A DNA stretch of 64,000 bases from Chromera velia (lineage: Eukaryota), in the NCBI GenBank assembly GCA_018398765.1, contig JAHBMJ010000079.1, positions 1 through 64,000 on the forward strand, given 5' to 3'. The notes beneath the pieces are model-generated. The model was not told where the DNA came from. It was given only the letters and a program-made list of their open reading frames with translations, and made no database searches. Position 1 is the stretch's first letter, and every line of letters starts with the position of its first letter. Below, piece after piece: positions 24,395-37,236 of the stretch. The translations under genes and the position numbers were made by a program.

Positions 24395-27300
24395 GAGATA
24401 CACTCAACCAGTTGGGTGAGTACATGCCTCGGGGGGCCCTTTAGGGGGTCCGTGTAACGTGAATGCCTGCTTTGCGGCGTTAACACGAAACGTGCCAGTG
24501 TCAGGCAGTGGCACGGGTCCTAGCGCACGCGTTTCTTAGGCAACACTAATCGACGTCAGACTGAGCAGTTTGCGTCTGTCTGTGATGGTCTGTCCGCTTT
24601 GCATGCAGAGTAAAAGGAAATTAAATAGATCGATCTACGATAAACGTTTCTAAAACAAGCCAACCGTTCAGTCCTTCTTCGTGTCGTTACTTTTATACCT
24701 TGGAATATGAGCTCCGTTACCGCTAAACTACTGATTATATTACAGGTAGTAGCAGAGCTTTGTTTGAACAGACGGCTCAATCCAAGACAGACAGAGTCAC
24801 AGATTTCTCTCTGTTCAAACTGAGTATGGTGCTTCCATAGAATAGTTGGTCTGATAGATTGATCTGGTCCTTCCTTTACGAGCCACACGAGAGAAAGTAT
24901 TGTGCTTAAAAAAAATGTGACTACCTGTGGAAAGAGACCGTAAATGGTAACCCACAGAGAGAAAATTTTTTTTCGAGGAAGGGTAGAACCAGATGAAGCC
25001 AGACCACTGGTGTACGTCGTGGATTGTTGCGATGGAAGCACAGAAGAAGAGGAAAACACTGTGGTGATTGGTTCTCTGCCGAGGTTGTATGTGAAGTTCT
25101 GTCGGCCTCGGAAGATTTAATGTTCCCTGAGACGTAAACCTCAGGAAGATGAGACTGAACGAAGGCCTCGTTGATGGCAGATCGAGCATGCTGATGGAAA
25201 ACCTCTCTCTAGTCCCCTTTTTGAAGATTGCTTCCACAGAAATGGAAAGAGAGGGAGGCAGGTGACTCTCTAAATCGAGAGCGAAGGAGGGAAAAGAGAA
25301 ATAGTGAGTCCGAAAAGGGTGAGACGCTGTTGTCAATTCGGACTGTTGTCAGTCTGATGGTGAGGACTCGACACGGCAGATCGATGGAAAGCCCGCGTGA
25401 GATCGGAGTGCAGAGGAAGTGTTTCTGTCAAATTCTGTGCGTGCTCTTCTCAGTCATCTTGTCGTGTTGTGTAGGGACCTGCGCAAATTGGGAGAAGGAG
25501 CTGCTTGCTGTAGACTCCAGAGAGGGCAGGGCACGATAGAACAAGGGGTGACTGAGGAAACGGGCAGACAGAGCATGGACCGTACTTCCAGTCATTCCGA
25601 CCTGTGCATGAAAAAACGACTCAAACGAGTCTGCGTCTTTCTGATTCCTTTTGCATAGACTCTTGTGAGGTTGGACTGCCTGCCGTGGAGGTAGGTGGCA
25701 TATCATGAAGAGCAACGAAGGAAGAAGAGACCGCAGGGTGTGAGAATACCTGGTCGCCCGGACAGGACCCTAGACAAGAAGAAAATAAGTCAGCTGACTG
25801 TATGTATGTATCGTCCCTATATTTTCGTTTTCATAGAATGAAAAAGGAGGACACAGGGAAATGATAGTCAGCGAAAGCGCCTGGAAATCCTCAGTACTCA
25901 CTTTGTGTGAGGGCGCCCGGTAGGAGAGAAATTTCAATGGATGAAGAAGAGTAGAAGGACGGGAAGAAATCAAACAAAAAGAAGAAAGAATGAATGAGAA
26001 AAAGAAGAAGAAGAAGAAGAAAAAGAAGAAGAAGAAGAAGAGGAAAAGAATAAGAAGAAAGAGTGGGATCATGAAAAGAGAGAGGAGATCGAGAACGGTG
26101 GAAAGGCGCATCCAACTTATTAAGATTGGTGCTGCCTGATGAACGGAAGAAATTTGAAAAGCCTATGTGTGCCTCTAACTTACTAATAGTGGCGCCACAC
26201 AGAGGCCTGTACCGACAGTGACGGCAGGCTGATCAAAACAAGCCATGTAAAGATATACGAGGCCTATCTGGAAGGCTAGAAGCTGTAGAGCATCCAGAGT
26301 CGAAGAAGAAAAGGCGAGCCGAGTCTCGCCATATACGCTCTCGGTCAAGGACTTCAGAAGTACATGTTTGATCTGCCCAGTGGGTGAGAATGATTCCCTG
26401 TGTTTCTCTACCGCGACAGAGTTCGGTGCGAGGTAAAAGTACAAAAAAGAGAAAGAAGAGAATGGAAGAAAGAAGAGAAAAAAGCCGAAGAGAAAAGAAG
26501 ATGGCAGAAAGAAATGAATAGATGAGTGCACATTGTCGAGATCATGAGTATTGGAAGTAGATGAAAGTGCACTGGATTGAAACAGATGATGAGAGAACGA
26601 ACGGGAGAGTGGAGATGCAGGGGTGTATCCAAATGAATAAAAGACGACTGACCGACTGCATTCGCATTGCTACCCACCCGTCCCACCCCAAAAACATTCA
26701 TGAGTCTATTGCTTTAGTCAATGACTGAATGTTTTATAACCAGTCGAGCTCTCCTTACGATTGAGGACAATCGTTTGTGAGAGAGGGGGATGGTGGTTGG
26801 TGTCGCAGTATCTATCAGTGTAGGAGAGAATGGGAAAGAATGGATTAGAGGAAGTAGAAAGAATGAAGGTGAAAAGGAGAGATAGGAGAATGGAAGAGGG
26901 ATTGAAGAGATGAAGAAAGACTCAAAGGATAGAATGGAGAAGGAAAGAATGAATATTCTTATCTTTGTCTTGTCTCTAACCTTATCCCCGTCCGTTTTCG
27001 CTACCTGAACCTAATCCTTCTGTCTTGTGCCTTGCTGCTGAAAAAGAATGAAAGAAAAGCAGGACAAGGTCCTGGAATGAAAGAAAATAAAAGGGGAATG
27101 AAAACAGGGGAAAGGTGGAAAGAGAAAGAAGGAAACGGAAATATAGACAACAGCTTGAGAAGTTGCTACCGCACTTTTTCCGTGAGGAGGGAGAGGTGTA
27201 CACTGATTGATGTACTGACATACTGATTGACATACTAACACACTGACGCTGAATGGAATGACTCGAAGACACTTCCTCTCATGTTTTTCTATCTCTCTTT

Positions 27301-28596
27301 ATTCTTCTTTTAAGGCATCTCGATGCAGATTCTTTTCTCTCTGTCTTGATTCTTATTTTTTTATACATATTTGATCTCTCTCTGTATATTCTTGCATACC
27401 TCCTCTCTGAAGCGAGTTGGCATGTGCATTCGCAGGATCTCTTTGTCTTTTCCGACTGCGAAAGTGTTTCTAGTGTTTTCTCCCTGATGCATGCCGAACC
27501 AGAACCACTTTACGGGAGGAGAACTCCACTGTGCAGACACCACCTCTTGAGTACCTGTAGTGTCGTCATTCATTGTTTACAAAATAAGTAGATAGATGAT
27601 GAGTGAAAGTGTATGACTGGCTGTGGGGCGATCTCTATATGAGCTCATATTATTGTGCAGTGACAGATCCGTGAAGCTTCTTGTGGTGACTGATCGCTTG
27701 CACGTGCTGTCATCCCGTTTTCGTTTGTTTCAGATAGTGATGTTCAAGATGAATGGTTGGTACTCCACGCACACGCTGATGGCAGTGTCCGACAACCCGT
27801 GTTGGTCGTTGCATACCAATTTCTTGTGTGATTCGAATCCGATACGAAAAAGAAAAGCAAAGAGAACCAAGAAAGAATGAATCGAATTGCGAGGGAGAGA
27901 AATTGTGAAGGAAAGTATGAGGACACACTCTCTTTAAGGGCAGGCATGTGTAACGTGAATGCCTGCTTTGCGGCGTTAACACAAAACGTACCAGCGTCAG
28001 GCGGCGGCGCGGGTCCTAGCGCACGCGTTTCTCAGACAACACTAATCAATATCAGACTGAGCAGTTTGCGTCTATTTGTGACGGTCTGTCCGCTTTGCAT
28101 GCAGAGTAAAAGGAAATTAAACAGATCGATCTAGGATGAATGTTTCTAGAATAAGCCAACCGTTCACTCCTTCTTCGTGTCGTTACTTTTATGCCTTGAA
28201 ATATGAGTTCCGTTACCGCTAGACTACTGATTATGTTACAGTCCACAAATTTGATTGATGCACACCATCGGGGGCTTGAGCATGTCTTGTGTAGGTATAT
28301 GGGGCGGGGGCTATGGCAACGCGTACGAAGTATGCTTTTCGGGACCGCGCAAGCATACACTTACAACTCTGTGCGAGTTACTTGATGGGCACGCGTGTGT
28401 GAAGTAATTAAGGTGTGTGCGATCGCGGCTCCGTGCGAGTTGCTTGAGGGGTATATTTTGGAATTCGGGCGACACCGTGATAGATGGAGATAGAAGCGAC
28501 CCCCCCCGCAAAAATGAAAAAATGCGTTATGCGAGTGCGTGCGATCTCAGGGCCTCTCGGCTGATCTCAGCAGAGCTGAGCTGCCCCCCGAGGCGA
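24395..28596 (-). mobile_element. Family A copy A2 (head-to-tail with A1), split by an LTR element
   Basis: 24395-24452 and 28241-28596 join into a full copy colinear with A1. Confidence 0.85.
24453..28240 (+). mobile_element. Non-autonomous LTR retroelement (LARD/TRIM-like), 292-bp LTRs
   Basis: LTRs 24453-24744 and 27949-28240 (TGTAAC...TTACA), about 26 mismatches by hand count. 5-bp TSD gtccg/gtcca. PBS-like ggtagtagcagagc (cf. TGGTAGCAGAG, initiator tRNA-Met type). Purine-rich aagggcaggca before the 3' LTR. No gag/pol motifs recognised in the 3.2 kb interior. Confidence 0.9.
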
Positions 28597-29091
28597 TTGG
28601 TCCGGTATGTGTCCGGTATGCATAGGCAATGCATGCATGCATGCGTGCATCCATGCATCTTTCCGGTCATTAATTCGATCGCGTCCATTTATATATAAAG
28701 ATCGATCACCTGAAATTGAACAGTGGGGAGGACGTTGAAGACCGAGTCAAGATGATCTCAGCTGGCACCAGCACGTGATCAAAACACACAGTCAGGCTTC
28801 ACCCTTCTCGATCACTTTCCCGCAGATCTGTGGCGTGACAGTCTGACCCAGGCGTGGCAGAGTGAGTGAGTCCCAGAGGATCACAATTCAGGGGAAGTGA
28901 GAGAAGCAGAGGCGGTCGCCACAAAGCAGAAGGGGGGCAAAACTTGCTACACAAGGCTGTTGAGTCTACGAATTTCGGCAGGGCAACGGGAAGAAGGGTT
29001 TGCCTTCCTTCCCTTCTTTCTATATACGGGGTTGGCCCGATCCTTTTCAAGTTCTTAACCGTTCGCACAGAAGCAGCCTGACGGTTCAGCA

Positions 29092-31925
29092 ATGACTCCG
29101 TTCACTAGCCTTCTCGCATTTGTTATTGTGTCTTTGTTCTCGCTATCCGCATCAGCGGTCCCTGTCCAAACAGCTCGCGTGAGTGTGGATTCAAAGGGGC
29201 AGCTGCAGGAGGAAGGGGAAAGGGAAAGAGAGCATGTGCCAGTGACAGACCCCCCTCCCCCCTCTACGGACTCTGGATTTCTTCAGAAAGGTGAAGCAGG
29301 TCTTGGTGGGAAGGTAGGGGAGCACAAGGGAAAGAGGAAAGGCAGTAGGGGGTCCCAGGGAGTGATTTCTTACGAGGGGATTGACATTGAGGCACAAGAT
29401 TTGGATGAGGATTTTGACCCTTCCTCCTCAAGTGGAGCAGACGCGAGTGCTGATGGAGGGGTAGACGGGAGTTCAACGGGAGGGGCAGGAGGGGGGTGGC
29501 TGGGTGCATTGAACGTGACCACAGATGACCCTGACCTTCCCAACAAAGTGGGGACCCTGGCATGCAATACAAGATTCGAATTCGCTCGGGGGCCCCTCGT
29601 GAATTCTGGTGAGCTTTGCTGTGACCAGAACAACATCAAACGTTCCCACGACCCCTGGAGCGTCACCAATTCCCAAGACCCAGAGGTTCAAAGGGTCTAC
29701 TGCCAGGCGACTTGTGCAGCAGACAGGGATTGTATCGGGTACTCCTTTTCCTTCACTTACAGAAGTCAGGCAGAGTGCATTATTTGCTCAGCTGTGCCTT
29801 CGTATGAAACAGTAGCGACTGGAGATGGAAACAAAGCAGAATGCTTTTCCGGCTACAAGCAGAGATTCGATACAAAGGAACCCTGCACGGACAAGGACAA
29901 CTGCTACATAGAGTTGTCGCAGAAACTCGGAACCAGGGGCCCTCAGAGAGTAGGGACGCAGTGCGCCGAGTCCTCTCAGAACAATCCAGACCACCAGATC
30001 ATTTTCGATTTTCCAAATCCCGAGGACAAGGAAGCCACAGAAAAGTCCGGACTTGCAGAAACCAGATACCCAGACCTGTGCGCTCTCATGATGGTCGACA
30101 GGATGATGAACCATGACAAGTCAGTCAGTCAGCCAGTCGCACAACCTCATTAATTGGTTGGTCAGTCAGGCCGGCCGGCAAGCACGCAGGCAGTCATAAA
30201 AGACGGGCAAGCAGTCAGTCAGGAAGTCAGGCCATCATTCAGGCAATCAGTCGGTCTGTCAGTCATTCAGGCAGGCAAGCAGGCAAACATGCAAAGCCAT
30301 GGTTAGTCAGTCAGTCCACCATGAACACCGCAGAGGATCTTATTCAAATCTTTGATGACTTGTTGTTCCGCGACTGCGCAAGCTGGAGGAAGATAATTCA
30401 GGGGCTGCAGAGTTTTTTGTTGCCGGTTGACGGCAAGAGTGCAACGCACTTCTGGTAGACATGATGAAGTCCCTCAGTTGCAGGATTGCGTCATTCAATT
30501 GTCAATGACTGAAGGGAAATTTCTCTCTGCCCGCTTCAAAGTAAGCGGATGAATACCCCCTATCCGATTTTTCCTGTCTTGTTCTGTTTGTATCTTCGTA
30601 TTGCTTTGCCATGGATTTCCGATTGTAAACGCCACACGTGTGTGCAGATGGGTGTACAAGTGTTCGGGAGTCCAACTGTCGGGAGAGGGCACTGATACCC
30701 AAATTCAGTGCGTTTTTGCGGACAGAGAGGAAACACCATCAGGCACCGTCGGAGGAACGGCAGTCACAGCGTCAACAAAGATTGTCACCCCTTTGTGTCA
30801 GTCATTTACTAGCTGTGTTTGTCAGGCTTTGAACGTACAGACTTATGTTCTCATGGGGAAATGGTTTGTTTCTCACTGCAGTGACGGCTTAGACCAAGAT
30901 GTCCGGGACAGACACAAGGGCGGAGCAGATCCGTCTATGCTTTCTGATGTCTCTCCACCTGTCTGCTTTTTGTCTCACCTGAGTGGTGAGAATGCATGAA
31001 AACAACAGTCTGCATTTCAACCATGGAGCGCTTGGCGATGGCCTCCATCTCCAACAAATCGATTCAGTGTCTGACGTTTCTCAGTAAGCGACAGAAGAAA
31101 CAAAGAAAATCAGAGAGCATCCACGCCTCTTCAGGCAGACCGATGGATGTCCTGGATCGTCTCTCTTCTTTCCTTTGCCTCCTGCATGAAGGTCTCAGAA
31201 GGCAAACAAAGTTCATTCATTCACTCTTGCATGCACATCCATCCGCAGGTCCGATTTTGGTCCCAGAGGCTGGCGACCTCCCAGCAAATGCGGATGGTAA
31301 ATTTCCTCTCGATGTGGCAGGCATGACATTCTGTGAGGACCGCACAACCCTTCCCGTGAACATCACAGACCCAGAAGATCCTTCGACCAACGTCACTTTG
31401 TTCATTCCCTTTGACTGCAACACGGTCTATGTGAAGGGCACACAGGTAGCAGACGACACAGGCGTACACGACCCGAAGTGCGACCCCAACGACGTCGACG
31501 ACAACGGGTACCTATCCGAAAAATGCTGCAGCCTTCCGCTTTGGGAAACGGAAGACGTGCTCCTCTGGTTTGAAACCAACAAAAAGTCAGCCAGCCAGTA
31601 GCTTGCTTGCAGACTCTCACACAGAAACCTGCAACCAGAAACGAGGGGGATGTGTGTGCATACATACAGAAATGACCCTATGCAAAAAAGGACAGCGAGA
31701 TTGGAAGTCCGTCCCTCAGGTTTGGTTTAAGGGATAAGACAGTTGAAGCCCAATCCAGTCAGATAAGAAGAATTGTGGGGGATGAGATATGGTGCAAGGG
31801 TCGTGTCCGTATCTTTTAGTTGTTTCGGTGGGCTGTTCGATCATCGTTTGACGCAACCCTGACGCAGCTCACGCCCAGTCAGACGTATTTTAGATGCTCG
31901 CAGACGAAACTTTTCATCCCTGTAG
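29092..31925 (+). CDS. Secreted Cys-rich protein with PAN/apple-like domains
   Basis: Signal peptide MTPFTSLLAFVIVSLFSLSASA; PAN-like CC...YCQATCAADRDCIGYSFSF...EC. Predicted exons 29092-30119, 30648-~30796 (WVYKCSGVQL...QCVF), 31249-31585 and 31904-31925. Confidence 0.75.
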
Positions 31926-33558
31926 TCAAATAATATCACTTGGGAGCTTCGAGGGCAGTTGTACCAGTTCGTCTTCGCGTCCTTATGTGTGTCAATCTGG
32001 CGGTATGCTTGCTAGTTTCTCTCTAAAAGTCTCTCTCGCGTTGTCAACCCGTGCTATCTGTTTGCAGTTTGACTACGTCTCAGTACGATGCTCGTACGAT
32101 TTTTGGGGAGGACCGTCTAATATCCGAGATCTGCTACAAAGCCTGCAAGAGATGTGAGCCGGATCCATGGCCCACCTACAAGAGAGCCTGATTGATGCGC
32201 TAATTGAGTTGGTGACTTCTCAGACGGTGCATGATGGATCAACGAGTACCCAGATTGGCGGAAAGTCAAAAAAGAAAAAGAAAACAAAAAACCCAGGGCT
32301 CTTCTTTGATAAATCGAAACGTTCTGCCATGGTGGCATGAAAATGGATTATTTGTAGGGCCTCTTTTCTTGCACAACAACACCTCAAAAAAGTATGGTCA
32401 ATTTTAATTTCTGTGCATGTTGCTTAATTGACATAAGCCTGAACACAAACTGCTGTAAAACAAATATGTAATTTGGTAACATTTTTGAATAAAAAAAGTT
32501 AAAAATATAAATCTGCCAGTGTATGAAGATTTAAATGGTGTGTATGAATAAAGCAAGGAACTATAGGCAATATAAACATCTAGATAAACATTGTCTAGGG
32601 AGTTGTAGATAAAAAACACAGATTGTATTTTACCACTAAATTTTGATGGCTACTAACTACTAGACTAACTATGTATAGTTGAGCCTAAGGCTAGGAAAAG
32701 GTTTATTTAGAAAAGGTTCAAATCTGAAAAAGTGAATCTGTTAAACCTGTTGAACTTAGTGAACCTGTTTTGAACCTGTTTTTGAGACCATCCGTAGGAC
32801 TATGCACGCACAGCGGCCACGGCCACTAAGATAAGCTAAAACAAGCCTGGCCAAGCCCGCACGCCGCCCGCAACTTATGAGAAATAACTAAAAAAATAAA
32901 AAGCCAGAGCTGGGTGTCTTGCAAGTTAATTTATTAAATAACAACTGCTTTTAGCTAGGTTTCTAGCCGTTTTAATCTATTGATAACTGCGTTTTCTGGC
33001 CGGACCCGGGTAATTGGGGTCAAAGAACCATAAAGGCGCTGACTTAGGGGCCAGGCTAAGCCATATAGGCCGGGAGCGCGGCGGGGTTAACGATAGGGAT
33101 AGCTATCGTATCGTATCGGTATCGTATCGGAATTTAAGGTTCCCCAAAAGGGGGGTATCGACGTATCATCAATAATTTCGATACTGACATAAAATTTTTA
33201 GCGTACGAGGCTAAAACCTAGTGCAAACGGTATCATTCGTAAAACTGTAAACTTTTTATAAAAATCTCATATTTTTAAAGAGTTAACTTTACTTAGAAAA
33301 TGAGCTCCGAAACGTTTAGAAGACCAAATTATAAGGGGGGCTTGGCCCCTCTAACCCCCCCCTTACAAAGAGTCAACACATCATGAGATTGAGAATGACT
33401 TCATCAACACATCGTTCCTGGAAATCTTATACCAGACGTAAACTGTTAGACTCGATTTTATTCTGATGAGTATGCTAAAATCACCCAAATGCAAGTGAAT
33501 GCATACAAAATTTACAGCAAAACACAGATATCCATATATGCTATTCTGCACTCACAAA

Positions 33559-34480
33559 GGAACTATGTAGATTTGCAGTACAAAAAAGAAAGAAAAAATA
33601 AGCTATGCAGCAAGCAGCTTAGCTTAGACTCTCTTGTCAATGAGCGACGTGGTGGTTGATACTCAGCGAGCGGAGTGAAGAGAAAATTGAGGTTAAAGGT
33701 CTGATAATGTGCAGCAGTCTGTATGCTTATCTGTATGTGTGTACATCTCCATAAAAATTAACCAATACGCAAAACGGCCAGCTGAGACTTCAAAGCTACA
33801 ACAATTTAGTGGAATACATCCATGGTGAGACACTCTTTAGCTTTCTAGACTTTGGGGAAGCCCTCTCCTTCCTTTGCGGAGCGGGCACAAGTGACTTGTC
33901 AAACTCACCGGTCATTCCAGGGAGGGCAAATCCAGTTCCGGAAAAACAAAAACAACACTACTTACGGTATTAGGAGTTCCTTCTGCATAAATGAAAGCAT
34001 AAAGGAGACCAAGACAAACACGTTGGACTACAAAGGTTCCTACAAGGAAACAGATAGACGGTCCTGGTGTGTGTTTTGTGATTTACAGGGTGTGAAGACC
34101 AAACCGTTGCTGGAAGCTAGGTCAACGGCAAAAAACGAGCAGCGAGTCGCCAAGTGGCAAGCTTTTGTAAAAGATGAGATTATCAGAGGTATGTTCAGTA
34201 GTTAAACATCAATGGTAAAGTGGTAAGCTTCAATGGCAGAGTATGGATGTCACCAAATAACATGTAGTGACCTCAATCGTGACTAACCTTTCCGAATCTC
34301 AGTTCGCCTATGTTGACATCCTGGTCGATCCAGTCACTCCTAAAGCTCCAAGACGGCACGAAAAGAAGAGACAACACTATGAAAAGACAATTCTTAGACT
34401 ACTGTCCTTTAGCTGTTTAGACGTTGGCCAGTAAGCCAACTCTGATAGGGTAACAACGGGTTAAGCAACTTTGCATGCTG
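33559..34480 (+). pseudogene. Diverged repeat family C, copy 1, with remnants of an unknown ORF
   Basis: Colinear with the reverse complement of 48684-49580. Shared peptide TKTNTLDYKGSYKETDRRSWCVFCD / TKTDTLVYRGSKKKTDRQSCYVFCD. Stops and frameshifts present. Confidence 0.65.
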
Positions 34481-34742
34481 AGGAGATGAAATTTCTATCC
34501 GCCTGACGTTTATAATGTGCCCACACCTTACCTTGTTTTTTCCCCTTCTGGCTGTTATGATGCTTTAGTTGTCCAGAACGGTTTTGTTTAGAAAACGGAA
34601 ATGATGAAGCTTTGTTAGATTGGATACAGTGTACATGCAGTCTTGTCTTAAAGCCAAGTCGGGCTGTTCTGGCCGCTGAAGCTAAATTCAGTGCACGTTG
34701 GAGCCGGTTCCGCATGCATTCATCCATGCATGCAGCTAGATA

Positions 34743-35702
34743 CCCTGGACATTAATTTATGTCCATTCTATGCGTGCCTAGGTGCATGTGTAAGACCAAT
34801 TAATCTATTAACGAGATACATCCAACCAGTTGGGTGAGTGCCTCGGGGGGCTATTTAGGGGGTCCGCTAATATTTGATTGATGCCTACCATCGGGGGCTT
34901 GGGCATGTCTTATATACTGCCATGGGGCGGAGGCCACGGTAACATGCGTAAACTATGCTTTTCAAGACCGCGTGCGCGTTGTATATATGATTGTATATAT
35001 GAAGCAACTCCGTGCAAGTTACTTGAGGAGCACGCATGCGCAAAGTATATATCGATAATTATAAGACATGTGCGATCGCGGCTCCGTGCGAGTTGCCTGA
35101 GGGGCATATTTTGAAACTCGGGCGACACCGTAACAGAGACAGAACCAATCTCTCCCCCCAAAAATAAAAAAATGCGTTATGCCAGTGTGTGCGATCTCAG
35201 GGCCTCTCGGCTGATCTTAGCACAGCTGAGCTGCCCCCCAAGGCAATATAAGACCATCTCCCCCTTTCACTGACCATCCCGCCTGAGTATGAGGTGGGGG
35301 CGTCTCCCTAGCCAAACAAAAGCAAACAACACATGCTATTACTACCTATCCGTTTACTTGTGGCTTTGTTTTCTAATAGCTTTTCTACTCCTCTCTCATA
35401 CACACTTTCTCACTACCGGAGTGTTGCATCGATTAACAGAAGTCCAGGCACCGTAGTTAGATACAGTCAGTCAGTCAGTCTATATAGAGTGTGAAAGAAA
35501 AAGAGCATGCAGATGAACAATGCATGAATGAGTGCGTACATTCTCTGTATCCACGCACGCAGAGGGCGCCAGGCGGCGGCGGCGTCCCCCCCCTCCACGG
35601 CGCATGCTCGTTGGTCAGGGCCAGCCCAGGTCCTGTATGAAGGCCTGCAAAAAAGAAAAAGAAAATCAAACCATACAAATGGACACAAATTAATGTCCAG
35701 GG
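34743..35702. mobile_element. MITE family B, copy B1 (contains A3)
   Basis: ta|CCCTGGACATTAATTT...AAATTAATGTCCAGGG|ta; interior colinear with B2 apart from the A3 insertion. Confidence 0.9.
34800..35246 (-). mobile_element. Family A copy A3 inserted in B1
   Basis: Colinear with A1. The empty site in B2 (ccaa|tctaagacc) shows insertion near an A|T without evident TSD. Confidence 0.85.
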
Positions 35703-36709
35703 TATCGTCACCTCTATACCCTAAACCCAAATTTTCTCAAAATGACTATTTTTCTCTTCTGACGGGAAAAATATGAAGACGGGGGCAAATGGTTACCTAG
35801 CCTACCTATTGAGTTAATGACCCAGTTCTAGGACCCAGTTGTACTCTTTCCTTGCTTGCCTTCCCTTCTGCTTGCTCTCTCTGGCTTATTCGTAAAAGGT
35901 TTTCTGGTGCCACCCCCGGAATACGACTAAAATGGGTACCCTTCCACAATTTTTCAGAGATCAGCAAAGAACAGCCGGTGCACTTCCTTTTCCCTCCCAT
36001 CTGTTTTACCTTTCATCACTCTATGCTGCCATGCCTTTCTTTTTACGCCCCTCTATCTCTTCATATAAATAAACATCAGTAGATACAAAAACATACAAAT
36101 TCCTTTCCTCACCCTTTTTGCTCCTCATACCCATCACATTCTTTTCTCTTTTTACGGGCACCCTGAGACCTATGCAATGAAACAGACACACACACGTATA
36201 GAGAAGCACACACACATTTCCCCTTCTTCTGTTTCTTTCTTGCCTCGCCTGCTACTCTTACTGACAGAAAGACTCAATTCTCATTATAGTTTTCCTCCCC
36301 ATTGCTCTCTAGCTTCTACATGCATACGCCCCACGAAGGTACGCAAAACAGCGGTATTTCAAGCTCAATTAAGGCGGGTAATTTTCGGAAAATATATGCA
36401 ACCTCTGCTCAATATTCCAAATTTGTAGTCATCTACTCTCCAGGAAGCGACATGATATCGCAGAATGTCGCAGAATTGAGCAAAAACTGACCGATGCACC
36501 CACTCACCAACCTATCTACCTACCTGTCCCCCGCCCCCCCACACACACACAGGGAAGGGAAGGGAGGCAGGGGAGCAAAAAGCAAAGGAAAAGAGAAAAG
36601 ACTGACTTTTAGAGTCAGGTGCCCTGAGTGTCCTACAGAGACGGCGAGAGCAGTAGAGGCCTGCATTTAAGAGAAAAATAAAAAAACTTAAAGAATTGTT
36701 GTTACCATA

Positions 36710-37236
36710 CTCTGGACATTAATTTGTGTCCATTCTATGTGTGCCTAGGTGTGCGAGGCCAATCTAAGACCATCTCCCCCTTTCACTGACCATCCCGCCT
36801 GAGCATAAGGTGGGGGCGTCTCTCTAGCTAAGCAAGAGCAAACAACACATACTGTTGCTACCTATCCGTTTACTCATTGCTTTGTTTTCTAATAGTTTTT
36901 CTACTCATCTCTCACACACACTTTCTCACTACTGGAGTGTTATATGGATTGACAGAAGTCTAGGCACCGTTACGCTAGTCAGATACAATCAGTCAGTCAG
37001 TCCGTATCTAGGTCCGTATAGAGCGTGAAAGAAAAAGAACATGCAGATGAACAATGCATGAATGAGTGCGTAGATTCTCTGCATCCACGCACGCAAAGGG
37101 CACCAGGCGGCGGCGGCGCCCCCCCCCTCCACGGCGCATACTCATTAGTCGGGGCCGGCCCAGGTCCTGTATGAAGGCCTGCAGAAAAGAAAAAGAAAGT
37201 TAAACCATATAAATTGATACAAATTAATGTGTAGGG
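36710..37236. mobile_element. MITE family B, copy B2 (527 bp)
   Basis: ta|ctctggacattaatttgtgtcc...acaaattaatgtgtaggg|ta; direct-orientation copy of B1. Confidence 0.9.
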
